This document shows, one piece after another, positions 19,269-28,658 of a stretch of DNA of 64,000 nt. The notes beneath the pieces are model-generated. The model searched no databases. It was not told the DNA's origin and worked only from the letters and a program-made list of their open reading frames with translations. Source of the DNA: an uncultured Planctomycetota bacterium (GTDB lineage Bacteria; Planctomycetota; Planctomycetia; Pirellulales; Lacipirellulaceae); contig CAVRBU010000002.1 of assembly GCA_963719315.1 (NCBI GenBank), positions 1,312,001-1,376,000 of the forward strand. The letters run 5' to 3'. Both the position numbers and the translations under genes were made by a program. Within the stretch, counting starts at the first letter, position 1; each line of letters starts with the position of its first letter.

Positions 19269-20213
19269 ATGAAGACGATTACGGCTCTTGTCGTGTTTTT
19301 GCTGATGTCGTATCCAGTTTACAGTCGCGAATGGCGGAATAGCCTTCAATCGAGCGCGGCATTGCGTGCCGCGGCAACGGCCTCCGAACATTCCGGCGAT
19401 ATGGAGAGCGACGACGCCGACGACGGCTCAAACGATCAAGAAATGGACACCGAGACCGGCGACATGGACACCGGCGACATGGACACCGGCGACATGGACA
19501 CCGGCGACATGGACACCGGCGACATGGACACCGGCGACATGGATACGGGCGACATGGATACGGGCGACATGGATACGGGCGACATGGATACGGGCGACAT
19601 GGATACGGGCGACATGGATACCGGCGACATGGATACCGGCGACATGGATACCGGCGACATGGATACCGGCGACACGGATATGGATGGCACGGATACCGAT
19701 GACGGCGACTCGAATAATATGAACATGCAGGACGGCAGCGACGACGAAGTGGACGACATGGACGACGACATGAGCTCTGTCAAAAACGCGGTTCGATCCG
19801 CGCTAATGGCGGCGGCGCTCAAGCAATCGCAGTCGCCGCAGAGCCGATTGGCAGCCGCGCTCGATGCCGGACTCAGCCCGCGGCAAACGATTCAAGAAAT
19901 GCTTAAGCCGCCAGTTACGAGCAGCGGTGCTGCGATGTCGGCCGCAATCAAGAGCGCCTTGGCCAACTCAAGTGTCGTCACCGGCGCCGCTGCCGCGACG
20001 ACCGGCGCCGACTTGGCTACAAGTGCGATTATTGATTCGAGCGGCGGTAAACTCTCAGCCACTGCGGTGCCCGAACCAACCGCCTGGTTGCTGGCGGCAT
20101 CAGGATTTTTCCTATCGGCCTCGAAGCGATCGCGGTCTGGCAAACTTCGGATGGCTACCGCGTGCCACCGGCTTGGCCCAAAAAGTAGGTCCCACTTGCC
20201 GAGCGGGACCTGA
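19269..20213 (+). CDS. Secreted acidic repeat protein with PEP-CTERM sorting signal
   Basis: AAGGAG RBS, signal peptide, (TGDMD)14 tract, then VPEP-TAWLLAASGFFLS-basic tail. Confidence 0.82.
   Translation: MKTITALVVFLLMSYPVYSREWRNSLQSSAALRAAATASEHSGDMESDDADDGSNDQEMDTETGDMDTGDMDTGDMDTGDMDTGDMDTGDMDTGDMDTGDMDTGDMDTGDMDTGDMDTGDMDTGDMDTGDMDTGDTDMDGTDTDDGDSNNMNMQDGSDDEVDDMDDDMSSVKNAVRSALMAAALKQSQSPQSRLAAALDAGLSPRQTIQEMLKPPVTSSGAAMSAAIKSALANSSVVTGAAAATTGADLATSAIIDSSGGKLSATAVPEPTAWLLAASGFFLSASKRSRSGKLRMATACHRLGPKSRSHLPSGT
19455..19679 (+). repeat. 15-bp tandem repeat x15 (VNTR) encoding TGDMD
   Basis: 5x ACCGGCGACATGGAC, 1x ACCGGCGACATGGAT, 5x ACGGGCGACATGGAT, 3x ACCGGCGACATGGAT, 1x ACCGGCGACACGGAT. 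Confidence 0.97.
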
Positions 20214-20269
20214 ACCTGCTCCGCAACTTCGCGAATTCGTGAGAGTCCCTTCCGGCAGAAGGGACCTAC
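20185..20269. repeat. GTAG-family REP doublet
   Basis: GTAGGTCCCACTTGCCGAGCGGGAC ... GTCCCTTCCGGCAGAAGGGACCTAC. Confidence 0.75.
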
Positions 20270-20639
20270 TAAGAATGTGTGGTCAAAACCGCTTTGATCC
20301 GTGTCCGCCGGGTGCCACTCGCAGCGGCCAGTGCTTCGATTGATGAAGCCACGAATAGTTCTCGGCGCGGGTGGAGTAAGCAGTAGCTTGCACGCGAAGG
20401 TGGCCAAGAATAATTGTGGAATCGTCGTTGCGAACCTGCTATACTCTTGCCACGCTGCATTGTGCCGGCGTTTGTTCCTTGAAAATCTAGAGCAAGCTGT
20501 TAGCTATCAGCCAGAGGTTGCGCGGTCTCCCGACGCGCTCGCGCCCTTTTGCCCAAAGCTGGCCGAAGGGCCGGAACAGCGTAAAACGCCACGAAAATCG
20601 CCACATTTTCAAAGCTCGACCGCTCTGGCGAACCGCTAG

Positions 20640-22195
20640 CAGCCTGTTGAAGAAGTTGGTATTTGGTGATTTTAGGCAGCCAACGCGAGCGGTTGGTTGA
20701 TGGTTGATTTTTGTCGGCCGGTCGGCGGCGTGGGCGTCAGCAGACGCTCCAGCGCGGCCAGGGTGTTAAACAACACAACATGCAAGGCGTCGGCAAGCCC
20801 GCCGTTCCCTTGCAGGCTCCTGGCCGTGCCGATTCCGAACAAGTGGCGCAGGACGAGGCCCAGATTGCGTGCCATGGCCGACGTCAGGTATCGCTTTCTC
20901 ACTTTCTCGATACCATGCAGCCACGTTCGCCGACTGCCGCCCGTCTCGCAGACGTGGGCGAAACTCCGCTCGACCTTCTCACTCCTCTCGCGCTGTAGAG
21001 CACGTCCTCGCTTTCCTTTGACCCGGCGGCGGTTGCCCGTCACCGCCCGACGCTCTTCGTCCGCTTTGTTTTTCCAATTGCGACGATGCGCGTGCTGTGG
21101 TTCGGCGATGTACGTTCGTAGACCCTCGGTGAATTCCAATTCGGCCAGCGTCTCGTTCCCCGAGTAGCCTTTGTCCGCCACCGTCTCCTCGATGTCCGCG
21201 TCGCTGTCGGCTTGAATCAAGTTGTCTTGCGCTTGGCTGAGGCTCGGGCCGATCGTGTCCACGTCGGCCGCGTTGGCGTGATAGATCTCGGCCGCCAGGA
21301 TCAGCTCCGTGTCCAGATCGACGACGTGTTCGGCCTTGTAGGCCAGATGCGTGCGGCCGTCCTTCATCCGGGTGATCCGGCTGTCTGGGTCGGTTTCGCT
21401 CTGCCATTCTTGGTTCGAGACCTTTTTGTCCTTGCGCTGGCGATCGAACCGAGCAATCTCCTCGGCTGAGGGTTCGTCGCCCGGCTCGATCTGGCCTGCT
21501 TCCTGCATCAGACGCCGAACATACTCCTGCCAGTCCTCGCCCGTGTCGCGCCTGACGATGCTCTTCATGGCCGCGTCGGCCTCCAGGGTCGTGGCGTCGA
21601 CGCCCACCGTCTTGCCGGCGAGCAGGCCTTGCTGCTCAGCCACCTCGAGCACGAAGCAGAATACTTGCCGATGAACCGACAACGGCAGTCGGTCGCGGAC
21701 CCGCGTCAGGCTCGAATGGTCAGGCGTCTCTTCGCCGAGCGGGACGCCCAGAAATTCTCGCAAGCTGAGACTGTCGGCACACCGCCAGGCGATGCCCCGC
21801 TGCGAGCCGAGGCCCTCGAAGTAGCCCACCAACAGCATCCGGAAGTAGACGCCCGGCGGAATGCCGGGCCGCCCCATCGTTTCGTGATAGTACGGCTCAC
21901 AGAGCCTTTCGACGAACTCGTCGAAGCCGGCTGCTCGCAGCAATTGATTGAGCTTGCCGTAAAACACATGCCCTTCCGACCGCGGCAACTGGTCCACCGG
22001 GATCCAGAAGGACGACTGCTGCTCTTGGTTGCGGTGTCCCAACGCCATCCGTGATCTCCTCAATTCGGCTCTGCGGATGCCTGAGCAAAACAATAATCGC
22101 TCTTACACTGGCATCCACGCCAACCGCAGGCGACAATTTAGCGCCATGCCGTCGTTAGCGAAAGTCTATCCAAAGGAGACTTCTTCAACAGGCTG
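20640..22195 (-). mobile_element. Insertion sequence copy 2 (1556 bp)
   Basis: Perfect 17-bp TIRs; CTAG duplication at 20636-20639 and 22196-22199. Confidence 0.96.
20672..22048 (-). CDS. DDE transposase (same protein as copy 1)
   Basis: Same translation as copy 1; one synonymous change seen at 21887. Confidence 0.93.
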   Translation of the reverse strand: MALGHRNQEQQSSFWIPVDQLPRSEGHVFYGKLNQLLRAAGFDEFVERLCEPYYHETMGRPGIPPGVYFRMLLVGYFEGLGSQRGIAWRCADSLSLREFLGVPLGEETPDHSSLTRVRDRLPLSVHRQVFCFVLEVAEQQGLLAGKTVGVDATTLEADAAMKSIVRRDTGEDWQEYVRRLMQEAGQIEPGDEPSAEEIARFDRQRKDKKVSNQEWQSETDPDSRITRMKDGRTHLAYKAEHVVDLDTELILAAEIYHANAADVDTIGPSLSQAQDNLIQADSDADIEETVADKGYSGNETLAELEFTEGLRTYIAEPQHAHRRNWKNKADEERRAVTGNRRRVKGKRGRALQRERSEKVERSFAHVCETGGSRRTWLHGIEKVRKRYLTSAMARNLGLVLRHLFGIGTARSLQGNGGLADALHVVLFNTLAALERLLTPTPPTGRQKSTINQPLALAA

Positions 22196-22476
22196 CTAGA
22201 TCCTGCCAGATTCCAGCACTTTAGAGAGCAAACTCGCCTACTTTTGCACGTCGAGCTCGCGCCCAACCCCCTGGATTTCCAGGGGTTCGTCGCTCGAACG
22301 CCGCGCAAAAAGGACGACTTTTGCACGCGAAAAAAAATTTTCACGCGTCCGCACAATCGTACTCCCTTGCCGCCCAACGACTTGCGATTTCTATTGCGCG
22401 AAGCCCTCGTGCAAAACTCACCGCGCGGACGAGACCTGCGCTCGACGAGAGCTTTGCCGAACCTAAGTGTTCAAGC

Positions 22477-22530
22477 GTAGCCCACCGTCTCCGCGAGTGG
22501 GATTCAAAGCGCGGAGCGAGCCAACTACAC
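22477..22530. repeat. Degenerate GTAG-family REP doublet
   Basis: GTAGCCCACCGTCTCCGCGAG...CGCGGAGCGAGCCAACTACAC. Confidence 0.55.
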
Positions 22531-22559
22531 GCTTCCACACAATCGACTCTTATTGGGCC

Positions 22560-24763
22560 TCATTGGAGCAGCCATTTCGCAGCGGCCGACTCCTTTTCGG
22601 ATTCCGCGCCGCTGTAATACGACGGCTCTCCGCTGTGACCGATGATCTGATTCACCGCCACGATTTCAGGAGCGGTCGCATCTTCCGTCAGCCACAAACG
22701 GTGAGGCGCGCAAGCGCAATGAGGCCGAGCAGATCGAGGTACTTCGCGCCGCCCGGAAGGAACTGAGGATCGCGAAAGTCGAGCAACTTCGCGAAGCGAA
22801 AGCCGTGCGTATCGGCTACGGCGGAATCAATTGCATCGCCAGCGACCGCGCGGGCCGCGACGACGATCGGCCCCGCGCCGTCGAAGCCGGCAACTCCGAC
22901 CGACGACGGGCTCGGGTAAGAATCGATCTTGGCCGTTCGCAAAAACTTTACGATTGTCAGTACATCGTGTGCGCGTTGGGCGAACAACGAATCGTTATAG
23001 CCAAACGTGTATGCGGCACAATCGCGCGAGTTGGCTACAACGCGCGTCCGTTTGATCGGCTGGCCATCCTTGAGGAATTCTCCCTGATAGAGCAGGTCGA
23101 CGCCTACGACCGCTGCCCCGGCGTTGGCCAACTCCTGCACGGCCGGCGTCAACGAACCATCGGATGCATGAAGCGACGACTTTCCCGCATCGTCCAGCCA
23201 CACGATCACGCGCCCATTCCACTTCTTCGGATACAGCCAAGCGACCGGCAACTCTTCGCCATACGTAATGTTCCGCAGGAGGCCCGCGATTTCCAAGTAG
23301 TCGCCGCGATCCTGCTTGTCGGTCGACTTCCACTCAACGTCGCCTGCCGCGGCATACGTTCGGCCGATGAGAATCTCCGCGGCGTCGCCGACCGTTTTGC
23401 GGAAGCTTTCAGGTGTCTCCGCCAGCGATTGCAGTTGTTGTGCCGCATCATCGGCGAACCACTTCAATAGTTTGCGCTCGAAATCCGCGTCGTTCGCTTT
23501 CGGCGCCGGATGGTCCTTGTCCCACACCGTGAGGTCGTCGCGCCACAGCGGATCGTAATCTTGCTCGATGACGGGGTCGCGAGCTCCCAGCTTGAAATGG
23601 CGATTGAGCCACGTGTAGAACGCCGACCGCGACACGGCGTTGTAATTGTGCGGGAATTGCTCGCCACGGGACAGCATGATTTCAGTCGGGGCGCCGAGCA
23701 ACTTGTACAACTGCTGTAACTCGGGGAAGCCTTTGCTCGATAATTCCTTCGTCCAATCGTCGGCGCATGTCAGCCCTTGCGGCTTGGGGCCAAACAGGGC
23801 GGCGAACTCGACATTGCCCGTGTTCACACGTAGCAGCGACGCATTTTCGCAGGTGCAACCTCCCTGCATCGCAGTGCTGACCATTACGGCCGGGAACGAC
23901 AGCTTCAACCGCGGGTCGATCGCGGCGAGGATCATGGTCTGCGTGCCGCCGCCGCTGGCACCGGTGATCGCCACCCGCTTCGGGTCGACTTCGAGGAGGC
24001 TCAGCAGGAAATCGAGCGAGCGGATCGAATTCCAACTTTGCAGACCCATCACACTTTGCAAGTGCGCCTCGGCCTGCGGGCTGTACAATCCCCAATTCTC
24101 AGTCGTGTTCATCTCGGGCCGCTGTTTCGCGAACCCGTGGATCAAATCACGCGAGAATTGAATCGAGTCGGAATCGCTCAGCATGTCCCACTGCCAAACG
24201 ACGCAACCCATTCGCGCAAGCTGGACGCACATTGATTGAAACCGGCTCCGTCCGCCCTGCTCGAACCGCTCTTGACCAGTGGCAATTTCGCGGCGCAGGA
24301 CATCCGGCTTTTCGTCGTAAAAGCGAGCGTCTTTCCAATGGCCGTGGGCGAACATCACGCCCGGCACTTTTCCGTGCACGTTTTTGGGGCGATACAGATT
24401 GCCGGTCACGAAGAAGCCGGGCGCACTTTCGAAATAGACTTTCTCGACCGTGTACTCGGGCCGCTCGATTTTGCCATGAATCACGACATTCAGCGGCGTT
24501 TTGGTCGGCATGGGCCACAGGCCCTGCGACACGAGAATCCGCCGCCGGACGTATTCGGCCCGCGCGTCCCACTCGGCCTTCGACTTCGGCGGCGTGAATG
24601 GGAAGTAGCCGTTCAGGTCCTTGAGCGGCTCGAGCCGCACGTCATGCGGGAGCTCACCTAACGGCAAGACCCGCAGTTGCGCATCCGCAGAGACCATCGT
24701 TGCCCAAAAAGCCACGACGGCAAGAAAAGACTTGCTGCGGCGCACGAATCGATGGACGAACAT
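22560..24763 (-). CDS. Secreted two-domain alpha/beta-hydrolase (acetylxylan esterase-like); 1-nt frameshift near 22710
   Basis: Signal peptide, VTGNLYRP, AHGHW, nucleophile elbow GASGGG, MQGGCTCE, HNYN. The shifted frame continues APHRLWLTE...AAAKWLLQ* to a TGA at 22560. Confidence 0.87.
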
Positions 24764-24991
24764 GATGTTTCCTCGAACCCCTCGCTCGTCTCTGTTCCCA
24801 ACACGCCTGCATAAGCCGACGGCCGCTTACGACCATTCTAGCCATCTTCATTCTAGAACAATAGCAAACAAACGCGAATCAAATGAGATAGAGGAGCTGG
24901 CCAACGACCGGTTTAGAATGCTCGTTCTTTTCCATCTGCGAATATCTGCGCCATCTGCGGACAATCAAAAACTCTCGATTATGCTACTCCC

Positions 24992-25792
24992 CTACGCCCG
25001 CGACGCCCCGCACGACGGACGACGAGATTCGGCTCGGATTCGCCGCCATTCCTTGAAAACCAATCGGGGATACACAATCGCATCGCGCACATAGCGACGC
25101 GCGAGCCGTTTGGGATTCGACGCAACGCGGTACAACCATTCCAACCGCAATCGTTGGAGCCACACAGGCGCTCGTTGTTGGACGCCCGCCAGGAAGTCGA
25201 TCGTCGCGCCAGCCGCAATGGCAACGCGAGTATCAAGTTTCGCCGCGTTTTGTCCGAGCCAAATCTCCTGCTTCGGAGCTCCTAGCCCGACGATTAACAA
25301 GTGTGGCGAAGCAGCGTTGATCGCTTCAATGATTCGCCGCGTCTCGCCTTCTTCGCGTTCGAAGCCGATGGGCGGACTGGCGACGCCGCAGACTCGCACA
25401 TGCGGCCAACGCGCCTGGATTCGACGGGCGGCAACTTCCGCTACTCCAGGCGCCGCCCCCAGCAGAAACACTCCAAATCCCGGGATCGCATCGCCGGCCG
25501 CGAGCAATCCAGGCACGAGATCCGAGCCGGCCACGCGCTCCGGCAGCGGCTCCCCCAGCCACCGCGACGCCGCCACCAGCGGCCAACCATCGGCGACGAC
25601 GAGCGCAGCATCGCGATACGCCGCCTGCATCGACGGATCGGATTGCAACAACACAACGTGATCCACATTCGGAGTCACCACATACTGGCAGCCCGCGCAC
25701 TCGTTCATCCATTGCACGAGCAAGGCGACGGATTCGCGCATCGTCACGCGGTGGAGCGAAATGCCAAACAGATTGACTGCCTCGGGCTGCAT
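24992..25792 (-). CDS. WecB/TagA/CpsF family glycosyltransferase
   Basis: VVTPNVDH, ADG, ERVAGSDL, GLGAPKQE, IDFLAG...RAP, LEWLYR...PKRLARRY. Start codon uncertain. Confidence 0.92.
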   Translation of the reverse strand: MQPEAVNLFGISLHRVTMRESVALLVQWMNECAGCQYVVTPNVDHVVLLQSDPSMQAAYRDAALVVADGWPLVAASRWLGEPLPERVAGSDLVPGLLAAGDAIPGFGVFLLGAAPGVAEVAARRIQARWPHVRVCGVASPPIGFEREEGETRRIIEAINAASPHLLIVGLGAPKQEIWLGQNAAKLDTRVAIAAGATIDFLAGVQQRAPVWLQRLRLEWLYRVASNPKRLARRYVRDAIVYPRLVFKEWRRIRAESRRPSCGASRA

Positions 25793-26501
25793 TGCGGACT
25801 GATTCTGTTTCCAACGCGGCAGTGGTGTCAACGAGAGTCCGGTCGTAGCGACTCGCCGGCCCACTTCTCGCTCAATTATCCGTAAGGCGCGACAGGCGAA
25901 CCGCCAGTCACTACTACTCTTCCCCCGCCATCGGCGGACCCCTCGTCAATGATCACACTTCTAAGCGACAGCACTACAAAAATAGTGCGTCGGCTAGGCA
26001 TCTCAACAAAAAAAGTCCCAGAAAATTTGTTATATCCGCCCAATTCCGGCGTTCATCCTGCGAAAACTGCTGCTAAATATCTCGCGAATCTGATCCACAA
26101 ATTGAACTATAAGTCATTTGTCCGCAAACACTTCCGTTGCCTTGTCAATGTTTCATAGACCTGCTGCATTACTTGCGATCCCTGTTCCGTCGGGTTCCAA
26201 TAAAAAAGTTTGGCAAAACCCTAGAGAAGTCATTGTAAGTGATGAATCGATGGCTATATTGCATCCTATGGGTTATCCAACTTGGGGGGATCTCGCGCTC
26301 GTTTTTGCGGACCGAGCACGTAACCAAGCGGATCGAGTGGGCGGGAATCGAGCTTCGTCAAGGATCGGTCTTGGCGAGAGGATTTAGTTGCAGGGAACAG
26401 GATTGAACTTGCGATTCGCAACGATCGCGTGTGTTGATTGACGATTAGCAATCACCATTCGTTTTGAATTCATTGATTTTGCATTCATGGAGAGGCCAGG
26501 C

Positions 26502-26885
26502 ATGAAAAAGGACAACGGCAACGAATCTCTCACTGCGGACGATGCGCACGTCGAAGGCGCCGCGCCCGCAACTCAACCAGCGCCGCAGCAGCAGCGCATC
26601 GAAGTCACTGATAAGAACGTCGTCTGTCTGTACGCGAACTTCTGTCGCGTCACGGGCACGCCCGAAGAACTTATTTTGGACTTCGGCCTCAACGCGCAGC
26701 CGTTCGGCGTGCCGCACGACCCCGTTGAGGTTAAACAACGCATCGTGACGAACTACTTCACCGCCAAGCGCATGCTGCAAGCGCTGATGATGTCGGTGCA
26801 GCGTCACGAACAAGCCTTCGGTGTCCTGGAGACCGACGTGCAGAAGCGCGTCGTCAACCGAGCCCCCGCCCGCGCAAGCGGCTAA
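26502..26885 (+). CDS. DUF3467-family protein
   Basis: YANFCRVTGTPEELILDFGLN...TAKRML...RHEQAFG pattern; GGAGAGG RBS. Confidence 0.85.
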   Translation: MKKDNGNESLTADDAHVEGAAPATQPAPQQQRIEVTDKNVVCLYANFCRVTGTPEELILDFGLNAQPFGVPHDPVEVKQRIVTNYFTAKRMLQALMMSVQRHEQAFGVLETDVQKRVVNRAPARASG

Positions 26886-27068
26886 CGCCTGCCGCGGCCG
26901 CCCACTTGATCGAGTGCGGCCGCATCCCTCCGCCGCTACTTGAAATCATTGTTTTGCACCTTTAGAAGTTCCACGCTCAAGTTTGGCTGATCGATTCTCG
27001 TTCACATTGGTTGCTAAGCTAGCACCGTCGTTCAGCCAAGAACACACACAACTTTTTGGTCAACCTAG

Positions 27069-28624
27069 CAGCCTGTTGAAGAAGTTGGTATTTGGTGATT
27101 TTAGGCAGCCAACGCGAGCGGTTGGTTGATGGTTGATTTTTGTCGGCCGGTCGGCGGCGTGGGCGTCAGCAGACGCTCCAGCGCGGCCAGGGTGTTAAAC
27201 AACACAACATGCAAGGCGTCGGCAAGCCCGCCGTTCCCTTGCAGGCTCCTGGCCGTGCCGATTCCGAACAAGTGGCGCAGGACGAGGCCCAGATTGCGTG
27301 CCATGGCCAACGTCAGGTATCGCTTTCTCACTTTCTCGATACCATGCAGCCACGTTCGCCGACTGCCGCCCGTCTCGCAGACGTGGGCGAAACTCCGCTC
27401 GACCTTCTCACTCCTCTCGCGCTGTAGAGCACGTCCTCGCTTTCCTTTGACCCGGCGGCGGTTGCCCGTCACCGCCCGACGCTCTTCGTCCGCTTTGTTT
27501 TTCCAATTGCGACGATGCGCGTGCTGTGGTTCGGCGATGTACGTTCGTAGACCCTCGGTGAATTCCAATTCGGCCAGCGTCTCGTTCCCCGAGTAGCCTT
27601 TGTCCGCCACCGTCTCCTCGATGTCCGCGTCGCTGTCGGCTTGAATCAAGTTGTCTTGCGCTTGGCTGAGGCTCGGGCCGATCGTGTCCACGTCGGCCGC
27701 GTTGGCGTGATAGATCTCGGCCGCCAGGATCAGCTCCGTGTCCAGATCGACGACGTGTTCGGCCTTGTAGGCCAGATGCGTGCGGCCGTCCTTCATCCGG
27801 GTGATCCGGCTGTCTGGGTCGGTTTCGCTCTGCCATTCTTGGTTCGAGACCTTTTTGTCCTTGCGCTGGCGATCGAACCGAGCAATCTCCTCGGCTGAGG
27901 GTTCGTCGCCCGGCTCGATCTGGCCTGCTTCCTGCATCAGACGCCGAACATACTCCTGCCAGTCCTCGCCCGTGTCGCGCCTGACGATGCTCTTCATGGC
28001 CGCGTCGGCCTCCAGGGTCGTGGCGTCGACGCCCACCGTCTTGCCGGCGAGCAGGCCTTGCTGCTCAGCCACCTCGAGCACGAAGCAGAATACTTGCCGA
28101 TGAACCGACAACGGCAGTCGGTCGCGGACCCGCGTCAGGCTCGAATGGTCAGGCGTCTCTTCGCCGAGCGGGACGCCCAGAAATTCTCGCAAGCTGAGAC
28201 TGTCGGCACACCGCCAGGCGATGCCCCGCTGCGAGCCGAGGCCCTCGAAGTAGCCCACCAACAGCATCCGGAAGTAGACGCCCGGCGGAATGCCGGGCCG
28301 CCCCATCGTTTCGTGGTAGTACGGCTCACAGAGCCTTTCGACGAACTCGTCGAAGCCGGCTGCTCGCAGCAATTGATTGAGCTTGCCGTAAAACACATGC
28401 CCTTCCGACCGCGGCAACTGGTCCACCGGGATCCAGAAGGACGACTGCTGCTCTTGGTTGCGGTGTCCCAACGCCATCCGTGATCTCCTCAATTCGGCTC
28501 TGCGGATGCCTGAGCAAAACAATAATCGCTCTTACACTGGCATCCACGCCAACCGCAGGCGACAATTTAGCGCCATGCCGTCGTTAGCGAAAGTCTATCC
28601 AAAGGAGACTTCTTCAACAGGCTG
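27069..28624 (-). mobile_element. Insertion sequence copy 3 (1556 bp)
   Basis: Perfect TIRs; CTAG duplication at 27065-27068 and 28625-28628. Confidence 0.96.
27101..28477 (-). CDS. DDE transposase (S-to-L change versus copies 1 and 2)
   Basis: YLTLAMAR versus YLTSAMAR; SNP at 27309. Confidence 0.93.
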   Translation of the reverse strand: MALGHRNQEQQSSFWIPVDQLPRSEGHVFYGKLNQLLRAAGFDEFVERLCEPYYHETMGRPGIPPGVYFRMLLVGYFEGLGSQRGIAWRCADSLSLREFLGVPLGEETPDHSSLTRVRDRLPLSVHRQVFCFVLEVAEQQGLLAGKTVGVDATTLEADAAMKSIVRRDTGEDWQEYVRRLMQEAGQIEPGDEPSAEEIARFDRQRKDKKVSNQEWQSETDPDSRITRMKDGRTHLAYKAEHVVDLDTELILAAEIYHANAADVDTIGPSLSQAQDNLIQADSDADIEETVADKGYSGNETLAELEFTEGLRTYIAEPQHAHRRNWKNKADEERRAVTGNRRRVKGKRGRALQRERSEKVERSFAHVCETGGSRRTWLHGIEKVRKRYLTLAMARNLGLVLRHLFGIGTARSLQGNGGLADALHVVLFNTLAALERLLTPTPPTGRQKSTINQPLALAA

Positions 28625-28658
28625 CTAGAGTAGTCCTCGTTTGGACAGGAAAAACGAC

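Larger units (their letters stand above)
20402..22424 (+). repeat. ~480-bp dispersed non-coding element, copy B, interrupted by IS copy 2 (parts 20402-20639 and 22200-22424)
   Basis: The IS flanks rejoin at CTAG to give ...GGCGAACCGCTAGATCCTGCCAG, matching ...GGCGAACCGCTAAATCCTGCCAG of copy A. Confidence 0.88.

Noticed and set aside
19455..19679. CRISPR array
   Set aside because: Head-to-tail 15-mers with no spacers, in frame within a protein; no cas genes in the window.
154..22195. Composite transposon or inversion bounded by IS copies 1 and 2
   Set aside because: Each IS has its own target duplication and its flanks rejoin (LRR gene; 480-bp element), so the insertions are independent.
20640..28624. 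Composite transposon formed by IS copies 2 and 3 with CTAG flanks
   Set aside because: CTAG is simply the preferred target, and sequence on both sides of copy 2 belongs to one pre-existing element.
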